In this document: positions 1 through 9,492 of the stretch, in pieces
How positions within the stretch are numbered: position 1 is the stretch's first letter
How the letters are laid out: every line of letters begins with the position of its first letter
Source of the DNA: a virus
DNA length: 64,000 bases
Direction: 5' to 3' (one strand)
IMG/VR virus record: IMGVR_UViG_3300037137_001341
Location: 1 to 64,000 of that record
Notes under the pieces: model-generated
What the model was told of the DNA's origin: nothing
The model's input: the letters and a program-made list of their open reading frames with translations, nothing else
The model's database searches: none
Made by a program: the position numbers and the translations under genes

Positions 1-225
1 ATGAAGCAACTAGTGCTCGCAATCTTCGCGCTGCTGGGCTTCGTGCTCTTGATCACGGAGTTGTCGGTCCGGCGGAAGTTCAAGAAGATACGTGACGAGC
101 CGGCCCTTGTGTGCCGGCTGGTAGGACGTCACGACGTGGAAGTAGGCGGCCCGACTGAGGCGATCTGGGTCCAGTGTCGCAGGTGCGGGGCGACACGGAC
201 CAAGGAGGCTGGGTGGCAACCGTGA
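1..225 (+). CDS. Small membrane protein with Cys/His Zn-binding motif (DUF1660-like prophage protein)
   Basis: N-terminal hydrophobic helix; CRLVGRH...CRRCG motif; stop overlaps the next start. Confidence 0.6.
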   Translation: MKQLVLAIFALLGFVLLITELSVRRKFKKIRDEPALVCRLVGRHDVEVGGPTEAIWVQCRRCGATRTKEAGWQP

Positions 226-437
226 AGCAATTCGCCCATCGACACGTGCATGGTTGGTTCTGGCGTGCCTGGCAGCGGGGTCGGAACTGGACCCGTCTGC
301 GATGGCAGACACGGTGGTCGTATGTGCCACCAGTAGCGGACTGGCGAGACTTGAAACCGTGGCCCGTGTTGGCGTGGGCGGCGCTGGTTGTCGTCGGGCT
401 CGCGTGGTTGGTCTACCGGACTGGGAGGCAACCGTGA
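222..437 (+). CDS. Hypothetical membrane protein (Trp/Arg-rich, C-terminal TM)
   Basis: GTG start in a GTGA overlap inside the junction repeat; hydrophobic C-terminus. Confidence 0.6.
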   Translation: MKQFAHRHVHGWFWRAWQRGRNWTRLRWQTRWSYVPPVADWRDLKPWPVLAWAALVVVGLAWLVYRTGRQP

Positions 438-616
438 AGCATCCTCGCTCCACCATCTCGGAACCCGCAGTTCTGAACTACGTGGTCTTTCACGCCGCCG
501 ATTGCCGCCGACTGCTCGACAAGTGGTGCCCGTGCGGCTGCGGAGCCGAGCAGCGAGCGCGAGACGCTCTCTATCGAGCGGTGGACGGATGCTCAGACAC
601 CAGGAGGCAACCATGA
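434..616 (+). CDS. Hypothetical protein with Cys cluster
   Basis: GGAGG SD, GTG start, CPCGC motif, ends in an ATGA overlap. Confidence 0.55.
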   Translation: MKHPRSTISEPAVLNYVVFHAADCRRLLDKWCPCGCGAEQRARDALYRAVDGCSDTRRQP

Positions 617-1125
617 AGCAACACGGCATTCCAGACCAGGCGCAGCCCGTCACCGAGGAGCCGGTTCCTCCGCCTAGACGCTGTGCGTGCGGGCAGGTGT
701 CCCACCACACCGACGGCTGGTGCGGCTCCAACTGCACTTTCAGTTCATCGCCCCCGAAGACCGTCCCGCAGATGTTGCACAATGCTCTCGCGCTGCTCAA
801 TCGCGAGTTTCCAGCCGCCAAGCTCGTCGAGGTCCGCTTGGAGTTCCGTAGCGGTGAGCGTCACGGCGAGAGGTACGGCCTCGCATCAAACTGGACCAAC
901 GAGCCGATCTGGACGCTACAGGTCAACAACGACCGCGAGTCCCATTCTGTGCTGAGTGAAGCGCTCGCCGTGCTTCGGGCAAAGCTCGCTCGCAAGGCGC
1001 AGGTGCCTGGGCTCGCCGATCGCGTCGCGGCCCTTCTTCGCGAGATCCCGAACGAGGGGTTCGAGAGGAATGACGTGCTTATGGCTGCACAGGCGTTGCT
1101 GGAGAAGGAGCGCAGCGGTCGATGA
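613..1125 (+). CDS. Hypothetical protein with N-terminal Zn-finger-like motif
   Basis: AGGAGG SD + ATG; CACG...H...C...C. Confidence 0.65.
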   Translation: MKQHGIPDQAQPVTEEPVPPPRRCACGQVSHHTDGWCGSNCTFSSSPPKTVPQMLHNALALLNREFPAAKLVEVRLEFRSGERHGERYGLASNWTNEPIWTLQVNNDRESHSVLSEALAVLRAKLARKAQVPGLADRVAALLREIPNEGFERNDVLMAAQALLEKERSGR

Positions 1126-1281
1126 CGGAACCGCAACCGATCGTTCACTGGTGCGTGTTCGAGCTTGCGTTCCGCGACAAGGAGGTCGAGCGGCTCGCCC
1201 TGGGTAGCGCGCTCGTCGAAAAGTTTGGGGTGCAGCCGTGAAGCACGGATGTACGGCAATCTTTCGGAGGCCCGCTCACCT

Positions 1282-1533
1282 ATGACCGAACAAGAGAGAG
1301 CGGACGTGCAGATGCTCCTGGATGCGCTCCCGCGTTGCTGGCCTGGGAACGGAGGGCGCTGTAATGAGGTTGCTGTGCGGTCGCATCCTGGGCCGGTGAT
1401 CGGTGAGCGGACGCTGCGGTGTGCAGGGCATCCGGGTGAGGAGGAAAACGAGTTCGAGGAAACCGCGTCTCCAACACGCTGGGCCTCCGTGGTCGAGCGG
1501 TTTGTAACTCAAGGATTCAGGAGTTCACGATGA
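1282..1533 (+). CDS. Hypothetical protein
   Basis: ORF in a translationally coupled run; start uncertain (1249 or 1282). Confidence 0.5.
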   Translation: MTEQERADVQMLLDALPRCWPGNGGRCNEVAVRSHPGPVIGERTLRCAGHPGEEENEFEETASPTRWASVVERFVTQGFRSSR

Positions 1534-1721
1534 TGAAGGAGCCGAAGTGCATCACCGCACGTGACGTCACCGAGGCGTTCGAGAACGGTCGGAAGGCCGC
1601 CTTCGTCGCTGCCATTGAGGAGTGCCAGGCGTACTCGAAGAGCACGCAGTCGGAGGAGGCCAAGGCCGTCGCGATGAACCTCGCGGTGAGGATCACGCAG
1701 AGGGCGAAGAAGGGAACATAG
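1530..1721 (+). CDS. Hypothetical protein
   Basis: AGGAG SD, ATGA overlap. Confidence 0.55.
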   Translation: MMKEPKCITARDVTEAFENGRKAAFVAAIEECQAYSKSTQSEEAKAVAMNLAVRITQRAKKGT

Positions 1722-1723
1722 CC

Positions 1724-2089
1724 ATGGGGATCTGGGGAACAGGACCGTTCGACAACGACGGCGCGGCCGAGACGGTCGCGAAGTTGATGGAGCCGTGTCG
1801 CAAGATCAGTGCGGCCACGAGCAACCGGGAGGCGCAGAACTATTACGCCGAGGCGCGTGTCGGCATCCAGGTGCGCCTGCTCGCGAATGAAACCGACATC
1901 CTCGGAGGCACATCCCTGCAGCTTGGTCTCGATGCGCTGCAACACATGCGGGCCGACAAGGCATGGATCTCCTTCTGGAAGGAGCCGAAGGGGATCGCGG
2001 CGGCGCTGGACAAGGAGATCGCAGCGGTGAAGCTGGCGATGAAACCGAAGAGCGCACGTCGCGTGACGAGAAAGAAGAGGGCGAAGTGA
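1724..2089 (+). CDS. DUF4259-like protein
   Basis: N-terminal MGIWGTGPFDNDGAAE matches the MGxWGxGxFDND signature. Confidence 0.7.
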   Translation: MGIWGTGPFDNDGAAETVAKLMEPCRKISAATSNREAQNYYAEARVGIQVRLLANETDILGGTSLQLGLDALQHMRADKAWISFWKEPKGIAAALDKEIAAVKLAMKPKSARRVTRKKRAK

Positions 2090-2364
2090 CGCACAAGATC
2101 GGCAGCGTGGTCGTTATCTCGGACGAGCCGGACACGGCCTGCTCGCGCTGCGGGCACAAGAAGGAGTGCCGCGACGTGCTCGGCAACGGAACCAGGATCT
2201 GTTTCGGCTGCGCAACGTCGGCTGAGAAGGAAGCGTACGGACGTCGGATGTTCGGGTCGCCTTCCACCGGCTTGCGCGAGACATCCGACCGTCTCTTCGA
2301 TGGCCTGAATGAGAAGGAGAAGGAACTCGTCAAACGTAGGTTCGCCAAGAGGGAGGGGAAGTAA
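2086..2364 (+). CDS. Zn-finger hypothetical protein
   Basis: CSRC...C...CFGC; GTGA overlap. Confidence 0.6.
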   Translation: MTHKIGSVVVISDEPDTACSRCGHKKECRDVLGNGTRICFGCATSAEKEAYGRRMFGSPSTGLRETSDRLFDGLNEKEKELVKRRFAKREGK

Positions 2365-3135
2365 ATGAGCAGCACTGGACGAGGCAGCGAACGCGAACCC
2401 GAGGACCAGTACTTCACGCGCTACCCGCTCGCGCTCGCGATCTGCGAACGGCTGAAGGCGGACGGCGTTATCACGAGCCCGTCGGTGATGATGGAGCCGA
2501 GCGCTGGGGCCGGCGCGTTCGTCAGCGCGATGGCGCAGACGTGGGAGCCACGCACGTTCTACGCGAATGACATGGACTGCACGCTGATGCTTCCCGAACA
2601 CTGGGAGAGAGCGCGACTGCGCATCGAGGCCGCGCATCCTGGCAGGACGCTACCGGACGGGCGACTGATCGCGCTGGAGGGGAACTTCTCGGACCTGGAG
2701 ACCTCGACCGTGCCGGGGATTCAGGCCGTGGTCGGCAACCCGCCGTACAAGCACGCCGAGGCACATATTCGCCACGCGATCTCGCTGCTAGCGCCCGGCG
2801 GCGCGGTGGCGTTCCTGCTCCCGGTGAACTTCCTCTCGGGCATCAAGCGCGTCGGTTCGCTCTACCAGCTGCACCCGCCCGAGTACGTGTACGTGCTCGA
2901 CAAGCGACCGCAGTTCATGGAGGGCTACCGGATCAACAAGCACGGCAAGCGCGTGAAGAAGGGGACCGACTCGAACGAGTACGGCATGTTCGTGTGGCGC
3001 AAAGAGCGTCCCGAGTTTGAGCCAGTGATCCGGTGGCTTCAGTGGTCGAAGTACTTGTTGCGCTTCAAGAACAAGGTCGAGAGGATCGAGATCGTCGGAA
3101 CGCAGGAAGTTGACGCAACCGACTCAGCTGGCTAG
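2365..3135 (+). CDS. Orphan amino-DNA methyltransferase (probably N6-adenine)
   Basis: Motif I EPSAGAGAF and motif IV GNPPY; no adjacent restriction enzyme recognised. Confidence 0.85.
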   Translation: MSSTGRGSEREPEDQYFTRYPLALAICERLKADGVITSPSVMMEPSAGAGAFVSAMAQTWEPRTFYANDMDCTLMLPEHWERARLRIEAAHPGRTLPDGRLIALEGNFSDLETSTVPGIQAVVGNPPYKHAEAHIRHAISLLAPGGAVAFLLPVNFLSGIKRVGSLYQLHPPEYVYVLDKRPQFMEGYRINKHGKRVKKGTDSNEYGMFVWRKERPEFEPVIRWLQWSKYLLRFKNKVERIEIVGTQEVDATDSAG

Positions 3136-3146
3136 GTTCGGTCAAC

Positions 3147-3914
3147 ATGAAGACAGTCGTCATAGCTGCGTGGCTAGCTGCCGAGCTAGCGCATCTGCCA
3201 GGCTCACGCGCCCCCGGGGAAACACGCGAGGAGTACGTCGAGCGCGCGGGTCAGATCGCCACGGCGCTGGCCGAGGAAGCGACGCCGTACGCCAACGGCA
3301 CAGGCTGGACGTCGACCGAGCTTGCCGCCGCGGGAGCCGTGATCTGGTACAGCGAGACACTGCTCGACAAGCGCATCCAGGCGGGCGAGCAGCACCCGCT
3401 CTGGAACCAGGACCACGGGCTCGCGCGCTGTGGCATGCAGCTTCACTCATCGGGGCTTGTGCCGCAGGACGTGTGGGAGAAACTCGTTGGCCACGGGTCT
3501 GACTCGACGCACCTGTGCGCGCAGTACGGGTTGCGCGTCATCGTGGCCCAGGCGAAGCAGTGCGGGGTCTTTCTCGGCGTACGTGCCGACCGCAACCGCG
3601 TTGCGAAGACCTTCGCGAGCTACGCTAGCGGCGGGAAGTGCGTGCCGTCGGATCGGGACTGGCAGCGCGCCGACCTGTGGTTGAAGATGATGGCGAAGCG
3701 CCCGGACCACGAGAAGAAGGTGCTGCCTGGGTACCGACGAGTGGGGCCAGCGGAGGTTCCGTCGAAGGTGAGACAGGAAGCGGAGATCGTGGTCGCGAAC
3801 CTGGGCCCCGGCGGCTACACGACGGGGGCGCGGTTCCCGATGGATAAGTGGATGCTCCTCGTCGAGAAGCACGCCGAGGGCAAAGTCGGCGTCAGCGTGT
3901 TCGTGAGGGAGTAG
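3147..3914 (+). CDS. Hypothetical secreted/envelope protein
   Basis: 255-aa ORF with short hydrophobic N-terminus and paired Cys. Confidence 0.6.
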   Translation: MKTVVIAAWLAAELAHLPGSRAPGETREEYVERAGQIATALAEEATPYANGTGWTSTELAAAGAVIWYSETLLDKRIQAGEQHPLWNQDHGLARCGMQLHSSGLVPQDVWEKLVGHGSDSTHLCAQYGLRVIVAQAKQCGVFLGVRADRNRVAKTFASYASGGKCVPSDRDWQRADLWLKMMAKRPDHEKKVLPGYRRVGPAEVPSKVRQEAEIVVANLGPGGYTTGARFPMDKWMLLVEKHAEGKVGVSVFVRE

Positions 3915-3922
3915 GTTTCACC

Positions 3923-4171
3923 ATGGCGCTCGGAATCGACTCGTACATCGAGAAGGCCCGCGAGGAGCTTAAGATGAAGAGCCTTCGGGTGATCCAGGTC
4001 GAGACGGCGCTGGCGTGGTGCGGTCGCGCGTGCGCCGCGCAGGAGATGGGCTTCGACGTGGACGCGACCGAGTACGGGCACGAGGCCATCGAGCACGCGG
4101 CGCTGAGCGGCTTCGATGATCTTCTCACGGACGTTCGAGATGCGCTCGAAGCGCACGGGGTGGCCACATGA
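3923..4171 (+). CDS. Hypothetical protein
   Basis: Coupled ORF MALGIDSY... Confidence 0.6.
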   Translation: MALGIDSYIEKAREELKMKSLRVIQVETALAWCGRACAAQEMGFDVDATEYGHEAIEHAALSGFDDLLTDVRDALEAHGVAT

Positions 4172-4392
4172 CGCCAGAGAAAGCCGCAAAGAGGCACCCG
4201 CACTGCGGAGTACCGGGGCACCCGCCGTCGTACCGATTCGACGCGATCGACTGCTACGCCTGCATGGAGTGCGACAAGTGGCTCGAAGAGAAGTGCGCCG
4301 ACCCCGACTGCGAGTTCTGCAAAAGACGCCCTGAGCGCCCGACGGGTGGTGAGAACCCGTACGAAGCCACGCCCGCCACGCCGTTCCAGTGA
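4168..4392 (+). CDS. Cys-rich Zn-binding protein
   Basis: CYACMECDKWLEEKCADPDCEFC. Confidence 0.6.
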   Translation: MTPEKAAKRHPHCGVPGHPPSYRFDAIDCYACMECDKWLEEKCADPDCEFCKRRPERPTGGENPYEATPATPFQ

Positions 4393-4613
4393 TCCTCCTG
4401 TACGGGCACCTGGCCTGCGCTCTCCTCACGTGGGTCGCCCTCGTGGCCGACGGGATGCGCCGCTGGACGCCGCGGGCCTTCTGGAAGGCGCTCGCCTCCG
4501 ACGTCAGGATCTTCGGGGCCTGGCGCGTGATGCTCTGGTTCTTCCTGTGCCTCACGGCCTGGTGGCTGATCTGGCTCGCCTGGGGCGCCGAGGCTCTCTC
4601 GGCTCGCCGCTAG
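4389..4613 (+). CDS. Small membrane protein (2 TM)
   Basis: Two hydrophobic Trp-rich segments. Confidence 0.55.
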   Translation: MILLYGHLACALLTWVALVADGMRRWTPRAFWKALASDVRIFGAWRVMLWFFLCLTAWWLIWLAWGAEALSARR

Positions 4614-4645
4614 CTCGTAGGCATATGCTGGTGTAGCCTTCGGGG

Positions 4646-4834
4646 ATGCTGGCGAACCTGCACCTGTTCCTCGAAGTACTCGGGGCTGTCTCTGGGCTTT
4701 GCCTTGCTCTTTCCCACGTGACAAGCGGGAAAGCCTCCCGGGTCCTCGGAGAGATCGGGATCGACATCGCGGGGGCCATCAAGGAGGTCCGGGCCTCCTC
4801 GGAGCCGCCCCCGGCCGTGCCTCCGGCGCTCTAG
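4646..4834 (+). CDS. Small membrane protein (holin-like size)
   Basis: Hydrophobic N-half; TAGCCT 6 nt upstream of ATG. Confidence 0.55.
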   Translation: MLANLHLFLEVLGAVSGLCLALSHVTSGKASRVLGEIGIDIAGAIKEVRASSEPPPAVPPAL

Positions 4835-4871
4835 CTTCCCATGAGCATGTCCCTGGGGTACGCTGGGGCAC

Positions 4872-5384
4872 ATGTTCGACATGCCTCCGAACCTGTTCGA
4901 CAACGTCGCGCACGCCCACAGGCCCGATGCTTCCGGTCCACCGGCACATGATCAGGTAGCTGGCATGGGTGCGAGCCCGGACGGTCTCGGCGCCTACGCT
5001 CGGCCTGTTGCCGGCACGGGGGAGTACTTCCAGCCCGCCGCGGGCATGGGCGCGTTCGCCAGACCCGTCCACGGGATGAACGGCGAGATCCAGTTCCTGG
5101 AACCGCCCGACGCTTCCCCTGCCGCCGCGATGCGCTCGGCGGGCATCACGGCGCTCGTCGCCGCGGTCGCCTTCGGGAGCGGGCTCGCGCTCGGCGGCGC
5201 GTGGGGCGGCGTCTCCGGGATCATGCTTTCGGGCTCCGCGTTCAACGTGTACCGCGCCCAGAAGTGGTGGGGTTCGCCCAACGCGAGCGAGAAGCACGAA
5301 GCCGTCGTGAGCGCGATGTTCTCGGCCATCGGCATCGCTGCAGGTGGCTACGCCGCCTACAAAGCCTACGAAGCGAAGAAGTAG
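4872..5384 (+). CDS. Membrane protein with GMG/GLG repeats, putative virion membrane protein
   Basis: AGMGA, DGLGAY, AGMGAF followed by about three hydrophobic helices. Confidence 0.7.
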   Translation: MFDMPPNLFDNVAHAHRPDASGPPAHDQVAGMGASPDGLGAYARPVAGTGEYFQPAAGMGAFARPVHGMNGEIQFLEPPDASPAAAMRSAGITALVAAVAFGSGLALGGAWGGVSGIMLSGSAFNVYRAQKWWGSPNASEKHEAVVSAMFSAIGIAAGGYAAYKAYEAKK

Positions 5385-5398
5385 AGGAGGAGCACGCG

Positions 5399-6265
5399 AT
5401 GGCAGGCGACGCAGCCCCGTCCGGGGCAACGATGGTCGACGCGCAGTTCACGAACGTGCGCGTCCTCAAGCCCTTCGAGGACTTCGAGCGCAGGTACCAG
5501 GGGAAGCCTGCGTTCACGCCCATCGCGTTCCCGGGCGTGCGCGACCAGCGGGCTCAAAACGAGGAGCCCGGCTACGATCCGAATCTGGAGAGGGGCATCG
5601 CGGTCCCGCAAGGTGCTCGCGTGGTCCTGCAGATCCCGATCTGCTTCTCGCGTGGGCCCGTGTTTCCGTTTCCCACGTTCACGACGTACAGCTACCGCCT
5701 AGTCTGGCGCTACCAGAACCTCGGGAGCTTCCGAAACCCGGCGGTGAAGTCTCGCCGTGCGCCGTACCACTTCCCGCGCCAGAGCCCCGGCGCCCCGGAT
5801 ACCACCCTCGGTCCGCCTGTGCCGCGCGTGACGCTTCCGGCCTCCTGGCACGTGACCGAGTACGAGCAACCGGAGCCACCGGGAGGTAACGCCGGGAACG
5901 TCATCCTGCGGGTCCAGCTGATCACGCCGAGCATCGGCGACTTCCGGCTGTTCGTGCCGCCGATCTTGCCAGACGGACAGCCCGGCGTCATTCAGCAAGG
6001 CGTCACGGATCCGTTCACTGCTTCAGGCGGCCAGATGCCGATCTATGCGACGTTCGAGACTCGCGCCGCCGGTGACGAACTGATCGTCCTGGCGAACCGC
6101 TCGGATGCGTTCCCGACGATGGGGCCGCTTGCTGCGCCGTGGGACTTCACGAGCAACTCTCCCGACGGGGACCTGCCCTTCTCGAACATCTACGGCACCG
6201 GCAACGGCGCCCACCCCGCGTTCAGGGACGTCGGCATCTACCTGCAGACCGGCACGGCTCCCTGA
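5399..6265 (+). CDS. Pro-rich beta-type protein, possible structural protein
   Basis: GAGGAGG SD; 288 aa; no recognised motif. Confidence 0.65.
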   Translation: MAGDAAPSGATMVDAQFTNVRVLKPFEDFERRYQGKPAFTPIAFPGVRDQRAQNEEPGYDPNLERGIAVPQGARVVLQIPICFSRGPVFPFPTFTTYSYRLVWRYQNLGSFRNPAVKSRRAPYHFPRQSPGAPDTTLGPPVPRVTLPASWHVTEYEQPEPPGGNAGNVILRVQLITPSIGDFRLFVPPILPDGQPGVIQQGVTDPFTASGGQMPIYATFETRAAGDELIVLANRSDAFPTMGPLAAPWDFTSNSPDGDLPFSNIYGTGNGAHPAFRDVGIYLQTGTAP

Positions 6266-6326
6266 ATCACGCACGAGCTTTCACGCGCACATGTCCGACC
6301 AGATTCACTAGAAGGAGAGCATCAGC

Positions 6327-6782
6327 ATGTTCAAGGGAGCACGAGTTCAGGGCGGCGACTACATGGACGACATCCTCGGGCGCGAGGACGCCGGCGTCTT
6401 CGGGGGCCTCGGTGTCGAGGACTACGAGAGCGTGAAGGAGACGATCAGCCCCGAGGGTCTGGTCGTCCGCATGAACTGCCGCGCGTGCGGCAAGCAACAC
6501 GACGTCACGCTGGAGTGGAAGGAGCTTTACATCGCGGGCACCAACGGCCCCGGTGTCTCGCCCGTCCTGCCCCCCGGCTGGCAGTACAGCGAGAACAACG
6601 GCTCCATCTACCCCGGGAACATCCCGTGCTCGAAGTGCACCGTGCTTCTGTGTCCGCAGGTCACGCCGGACGAGGCGCGCAAGCGCGTGCAGGACGCCGT
6701 TGCCCGGGGAATGATCCCGATGCAGGCCATCGCGGGCTGGAAGCAGCAGGTGGACATGTACCGGCACCAGATGGGCGGTTGA
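6327..6782 (+). CDS. Zn-ribbon protein
   Basis: AAGGAG SD; CRAC and CSKC pairs. Confidence 0.7.
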   Translation: MFKGARVQGGDYMDDILGREDAGVFGGLGVEDYESVKETISPEGLVVRMNCRACGKQHDVTLEWKELYIAGTNGPGVSPVLPPGWQYSENNGSIYPGNIPCSKCTVLLCPQVTPDEARKRVQDAVARGMIPMQAIAGWKQQVDMYRHQMGG

Positions 6783-7354
6783 TCTCGCTGCAGGCCAGTC
6801 CCGTGTCCGCCTGTCCCGAGATCCATACGTCGCTCACCGTCGAGGAGGCAGAGGCCGTCATCGAGCCCTACTTCCTTGCGGTGCAGGACGTGTTCGTCGG
6901 CAACGGCGCCACGCGATGCAAGAAGGTGAACCTGGAGATCGCTCCCTGGATCCACGACTCGCCGAGGCACTTCGCGGCCTGCGAGGACACGGGCAAGGTG
7001 ATGGTGGTCTCCCCGGAGTTCACGGAGCTTCCCGAGGAGACCGTCATCGCGATCCTGAGCCACGAGTTCGGGCACGCCGTCGACTTCCTGTACCCCGGCG
7101 AGTACCTGCTCGTGGACGACGGCGAGCTAGTGAAGATGCCGCCCGTGCCGGCCGGCAAGCTCATCGACAAGAAGGCCGAGCAGGCGCACATCGCCAGGTC
7201 ACGTGCCTGGGAGAAGCGCGACAAGGACACGATCGAGCGCACGGCCGACGCCATCGCGGAGCGCTTCACGGGACACATGATCGGCTACTGCGGGCCGTGC
7301 GAGCTTCAGTGCTTCGACCGAGGGCACAGGCCGCGTAGACCCGGGCTGCGGTGA
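6779..7354 (+). CDS. Zincin-like metallopeptidase
   Basis: ILSHEFGH (HExxH) and a later E..AD; start uncertain (TTG). Confidence 0.65.
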   Translation: MISLQASPVSACPEIHTSLTVEEAEAVIEPYFLAVQDVFVGNGATRCKKVNLEIAPWIHDSPRHFAACEDTGKVMVVSPEFTELPEETVIAILSHEFGHAVDFLYPGEYLLVDDGELVKMPPVPAGKLIDKKAEQAHIARSRAWEKRDKDTIERTADAIAERFTGHMIGYCGPCELQCFDRGHRPRRPGLR

Positions 7355-7698
7355 TGTACGGCGCATCGACGAACTACCACGACCCGTGGCAGATCACGCT
7401 GCCGTGGAGCCCGTACGGCCGCCAGGGCTACGACACGTTCCCCACGTCGGTCATCGTCATCCGAAGCAGACCGGACTACACGTACGGCAACGAGCCCATC
7501 GGCGACCTGATCGATCGGTTCTCCCGTCTCGTCGAGACGGTGCTGGAGCGGAAGCGCCGGATCTCGCGCGAGCAGAAGAGGCTCGCTGCGTCCCGGCTAC
7601 GCCGCTTCGGGCTCCCGCCGCTGGTCGAAGCGATGTTCGACAAGCCGACGTTCGTGCGGCGTGCCTGCGGTGGCCGCTGGCGTGTGATGAGGCCCTAG
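7351..7698 (+). CDS. Hypothetical protein
   Basis: GTGA overlap with the upstream gene. Confidence 0.5.
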   Translation: MMYGASTNYHDPWQITLPWSPYGRQGYDTFPTSVIVIRSRPDYTYGNEPIGDLIDRFSRLVETVLERKRRISREQKRLAASRLRRFGLPPLVEAMFDKPTFVRRACGGRWRVMRP

Positions 7699-8864
7699 CG
7701 TCCTGCGTCGATGTCCGAGATCAGCGGCCCCATCACTTCCCAGAGCGCGCCGTGGTTCGCTGTGGTCGCCGTGCGGCCGAGCGTCTCCCAGAGCATCCAC
7801 TGCGCCCTCGCGAACGGCATCGGCCACTTCTCGTCGAAGAACTCGGTCCCTCGGAGTTTGTCTTCGAGGCCGCGGTATGTGTCCAGTGCGAGCCGGGTCA
7901 CGCCGCGGGCTCCCTTTGCTCCCGACCTGGCAGACGCGCGTCGTTCGTATTGAAGCCTTGCCGGTGAAGCGCCGACGAGCTTCACCGGGGCCTCCTCCTC
8001 GCCGCCAGCTTCCTCTTCTTCGAGGGCGCCGAACTGGAAGGATGTGTCCCCCGTCTCCTCTTCGTACTCGCCGAAGAAGTGCCGCTGGATGCGCGTGTCG
8101 AGGCACGCTGCGTCGCGGCCAATGAGCATCATCGTGAAGGAAATCTTCGCGAGCCCGAGCCCTCGTGGCGCCCATTCGATCGCGATGTTGTTGCGGAATC
8201 CGCGCGAGTAGTCCCGCGACTGAGCCTGGGAGGCGACCCACGGCGCCCACTCGAAGATGTCGAGGTACGACGGGATGTCATCCCAGGCGTACTCGCCGCG
8301 ACGCTTGCCCTTTTTGCGCAGGCGCACGGCGCGCGTGTCCTTGATGCCCTTGAACTGGAGCAGCTGCGCTTCGCTCGGAGGCTTGTCCCGCAGGAGGGCG
8401 TCCCGGATCCTTGGGCCGAACGTGCGGAACAGGCGCTCGGCCTCCTCGATCGGACGCTGGATGCTGTTTCTCGCGAAGATGGCGCCGAGCGCGACCGTGC
8501 GCCAGTCCGCAGCGACGCCCTCGCGCCAGCGACGGATGATCTCCCAGGCGTGCGGGTACCCGCTTGGGAACATCTCGGCGTCCTTCACATGCCGGGGCCG
8601 GAGCATGATCACCTCGGCCTCGTTGGCCACGAGGCGCTCGGGCTCGCCGAGTAAGTGCGTCGAGACCGGCGAGTGGATCAGTGTAGGGCGCGTCGCCGGG
8701 AGCATCGCGCCGGTCTCGGTGCTGATGACGCCGAAGCAGTCGTCGGGGTGAACGATCATCGTGCCGAAGATCGGGTCGGCGACCGTGATGGAGTCGTCTC
8801 GGATGTCCTCCAGGTAGCCGACGCTCCCAAAGCCTTCCGGGTGCACGTAGGGCGTGGCGTACAT
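7695..8864 (-). CDS. Protein with HhH DNA-glycosylase-like motif
   Basis: RGLGLAKISFTMMLIGRDAACLDTRI resembles HhH plus the catalytic Lys/Asp region of Ogg-type glycosylases. Confidence 0.5.
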   Translation of the reverse strand: MYATPYVHPEGFGSVGYLEDIRDDSITVADPIFGTMIVHPDDCFGVISTETGAMLPATRPTLIHSPVSTHLLGEPERLVANEAEVIMLRPRHVKDAEMFPSGYPHAWEIIRRWREGVAADWRTVALGAIFARNSIQRPIEEAERLFRTFGPRIRDALLRDKPPSEAQLLQFKGIKDTRAVRLRKKGKRRGEYAWDDIPSYLDIFEWAPWVASQAQSRDYSRGFRNNIAIEWAPRGLGLAKISFTMMLIGRDAACLDTRIQRHFFGEYEEETGDTSFQFGALEEEEAGGEEEAPVKLVGASPARLQYERRASARSGAKGARGVTRLALDTYRGLEDKLRGTEFFDEKWPMPFARAQWMLWETLGRTATTANHGALWEVMGPLISDIDAGR

Positions 8865-8867
8865 GCC

Positions 8868-9119
8868 CTAGTACCTACCAGGGGCACTGGGCAATCGTCC
8901 ACGGCCCGGCTGCTCGTCGAGAGCTTCGATGACGGCGACGCGCGTGGACAGTTTGCCGACGTCCTCCTTGATCCCGTCGATGCCGCCCCGCAGGCGCTGT
9001 TCCGAGGCGAGGATCTCTTTGCGCAAGACCTGCTCGCTCTTGAAGTAGAAGACGAGCATCGAGACGATCATCCCGAGGATCGTGAGCCCCATCTGCAGCC
9101 ATATGTCTGGGGACAACAT
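8868..9119 (-). CDS. Single-TM coiled-coil protein (holin/XhlA-like architecture)
   Basis: N-terminal TM followed by heptad ...LSTRVAVIEA. Confidence 0.6.
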   Translation of the reverse strand: MLSPDIWLQMGLTILGMIVSMLVFYFKSEQVLRKEILASEQRLRGGIDGIKEDVGKLSTRVAVIEALDEQPGRGRLPSAPGRY

Positions 9120-9135
9120 TATGCTTCTCCTGCTC

Positions 9136-9432
9136 TCACCGGAACCGGAGGGCGTTCATGGCGCGCCGTCTGGCCTCGCAGGGCGTGCAGTTCGGGTCGA
9201 TGCCGACCGCCCGAGCGACCGGCTTCGCGACGGCGGCGAAGGCGTCACCGAGTCGCATGGAACCTCGGGGGGCCTGGTGGACGCGGTGGGCAGCGGCAAA
9301 GCTCTGGAGGGCGGGCAGATTGCCCACATTCCGGTCGCCGCAGACATCACAGTTGAAGGCGTAGCCCCCGAACGAGCCGTCCGGGTACGTGTGGACCAGG
9401 ACCCAGGGGATTTCCGCTGAGAACTTCTGCAT
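9136..9432 (-). CDS. Phage hypothetical protein with Zn finger
   Basis: CDVC...H..H; LGDAFAAVAKP...CTPCEARRRAMN motif of a type seen in phage ORFs. Confidence 0.6.
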   Translation of the reverse strand: MQKFSAEIPWVLVHTYPDGSFGGYAFNCDVCGDRNVGNLPALQSFAAAHRVHQAPRGSMRLGDAFAAVAKPVARAVGIDPNCTPCEARRRAMNALRFR

Positions 9433-9492
9433 CCTGGGGCACATGTTGCCGCAGCTTCCTCCGGGCGACAAGTCCTGGTAGCATGTGCCCCG

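Larger units (their letters stand above)
211..1246 (+). repeat. Four dispersed ~20-bp direct repeats GG(A/T)GGCAACC(G/A)TGAAGCA at gene junctions
   Basis: Copies at 211-230, 423-442, 602-621 and a degenerate one at 1227-1246. Confidence 0.8.
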
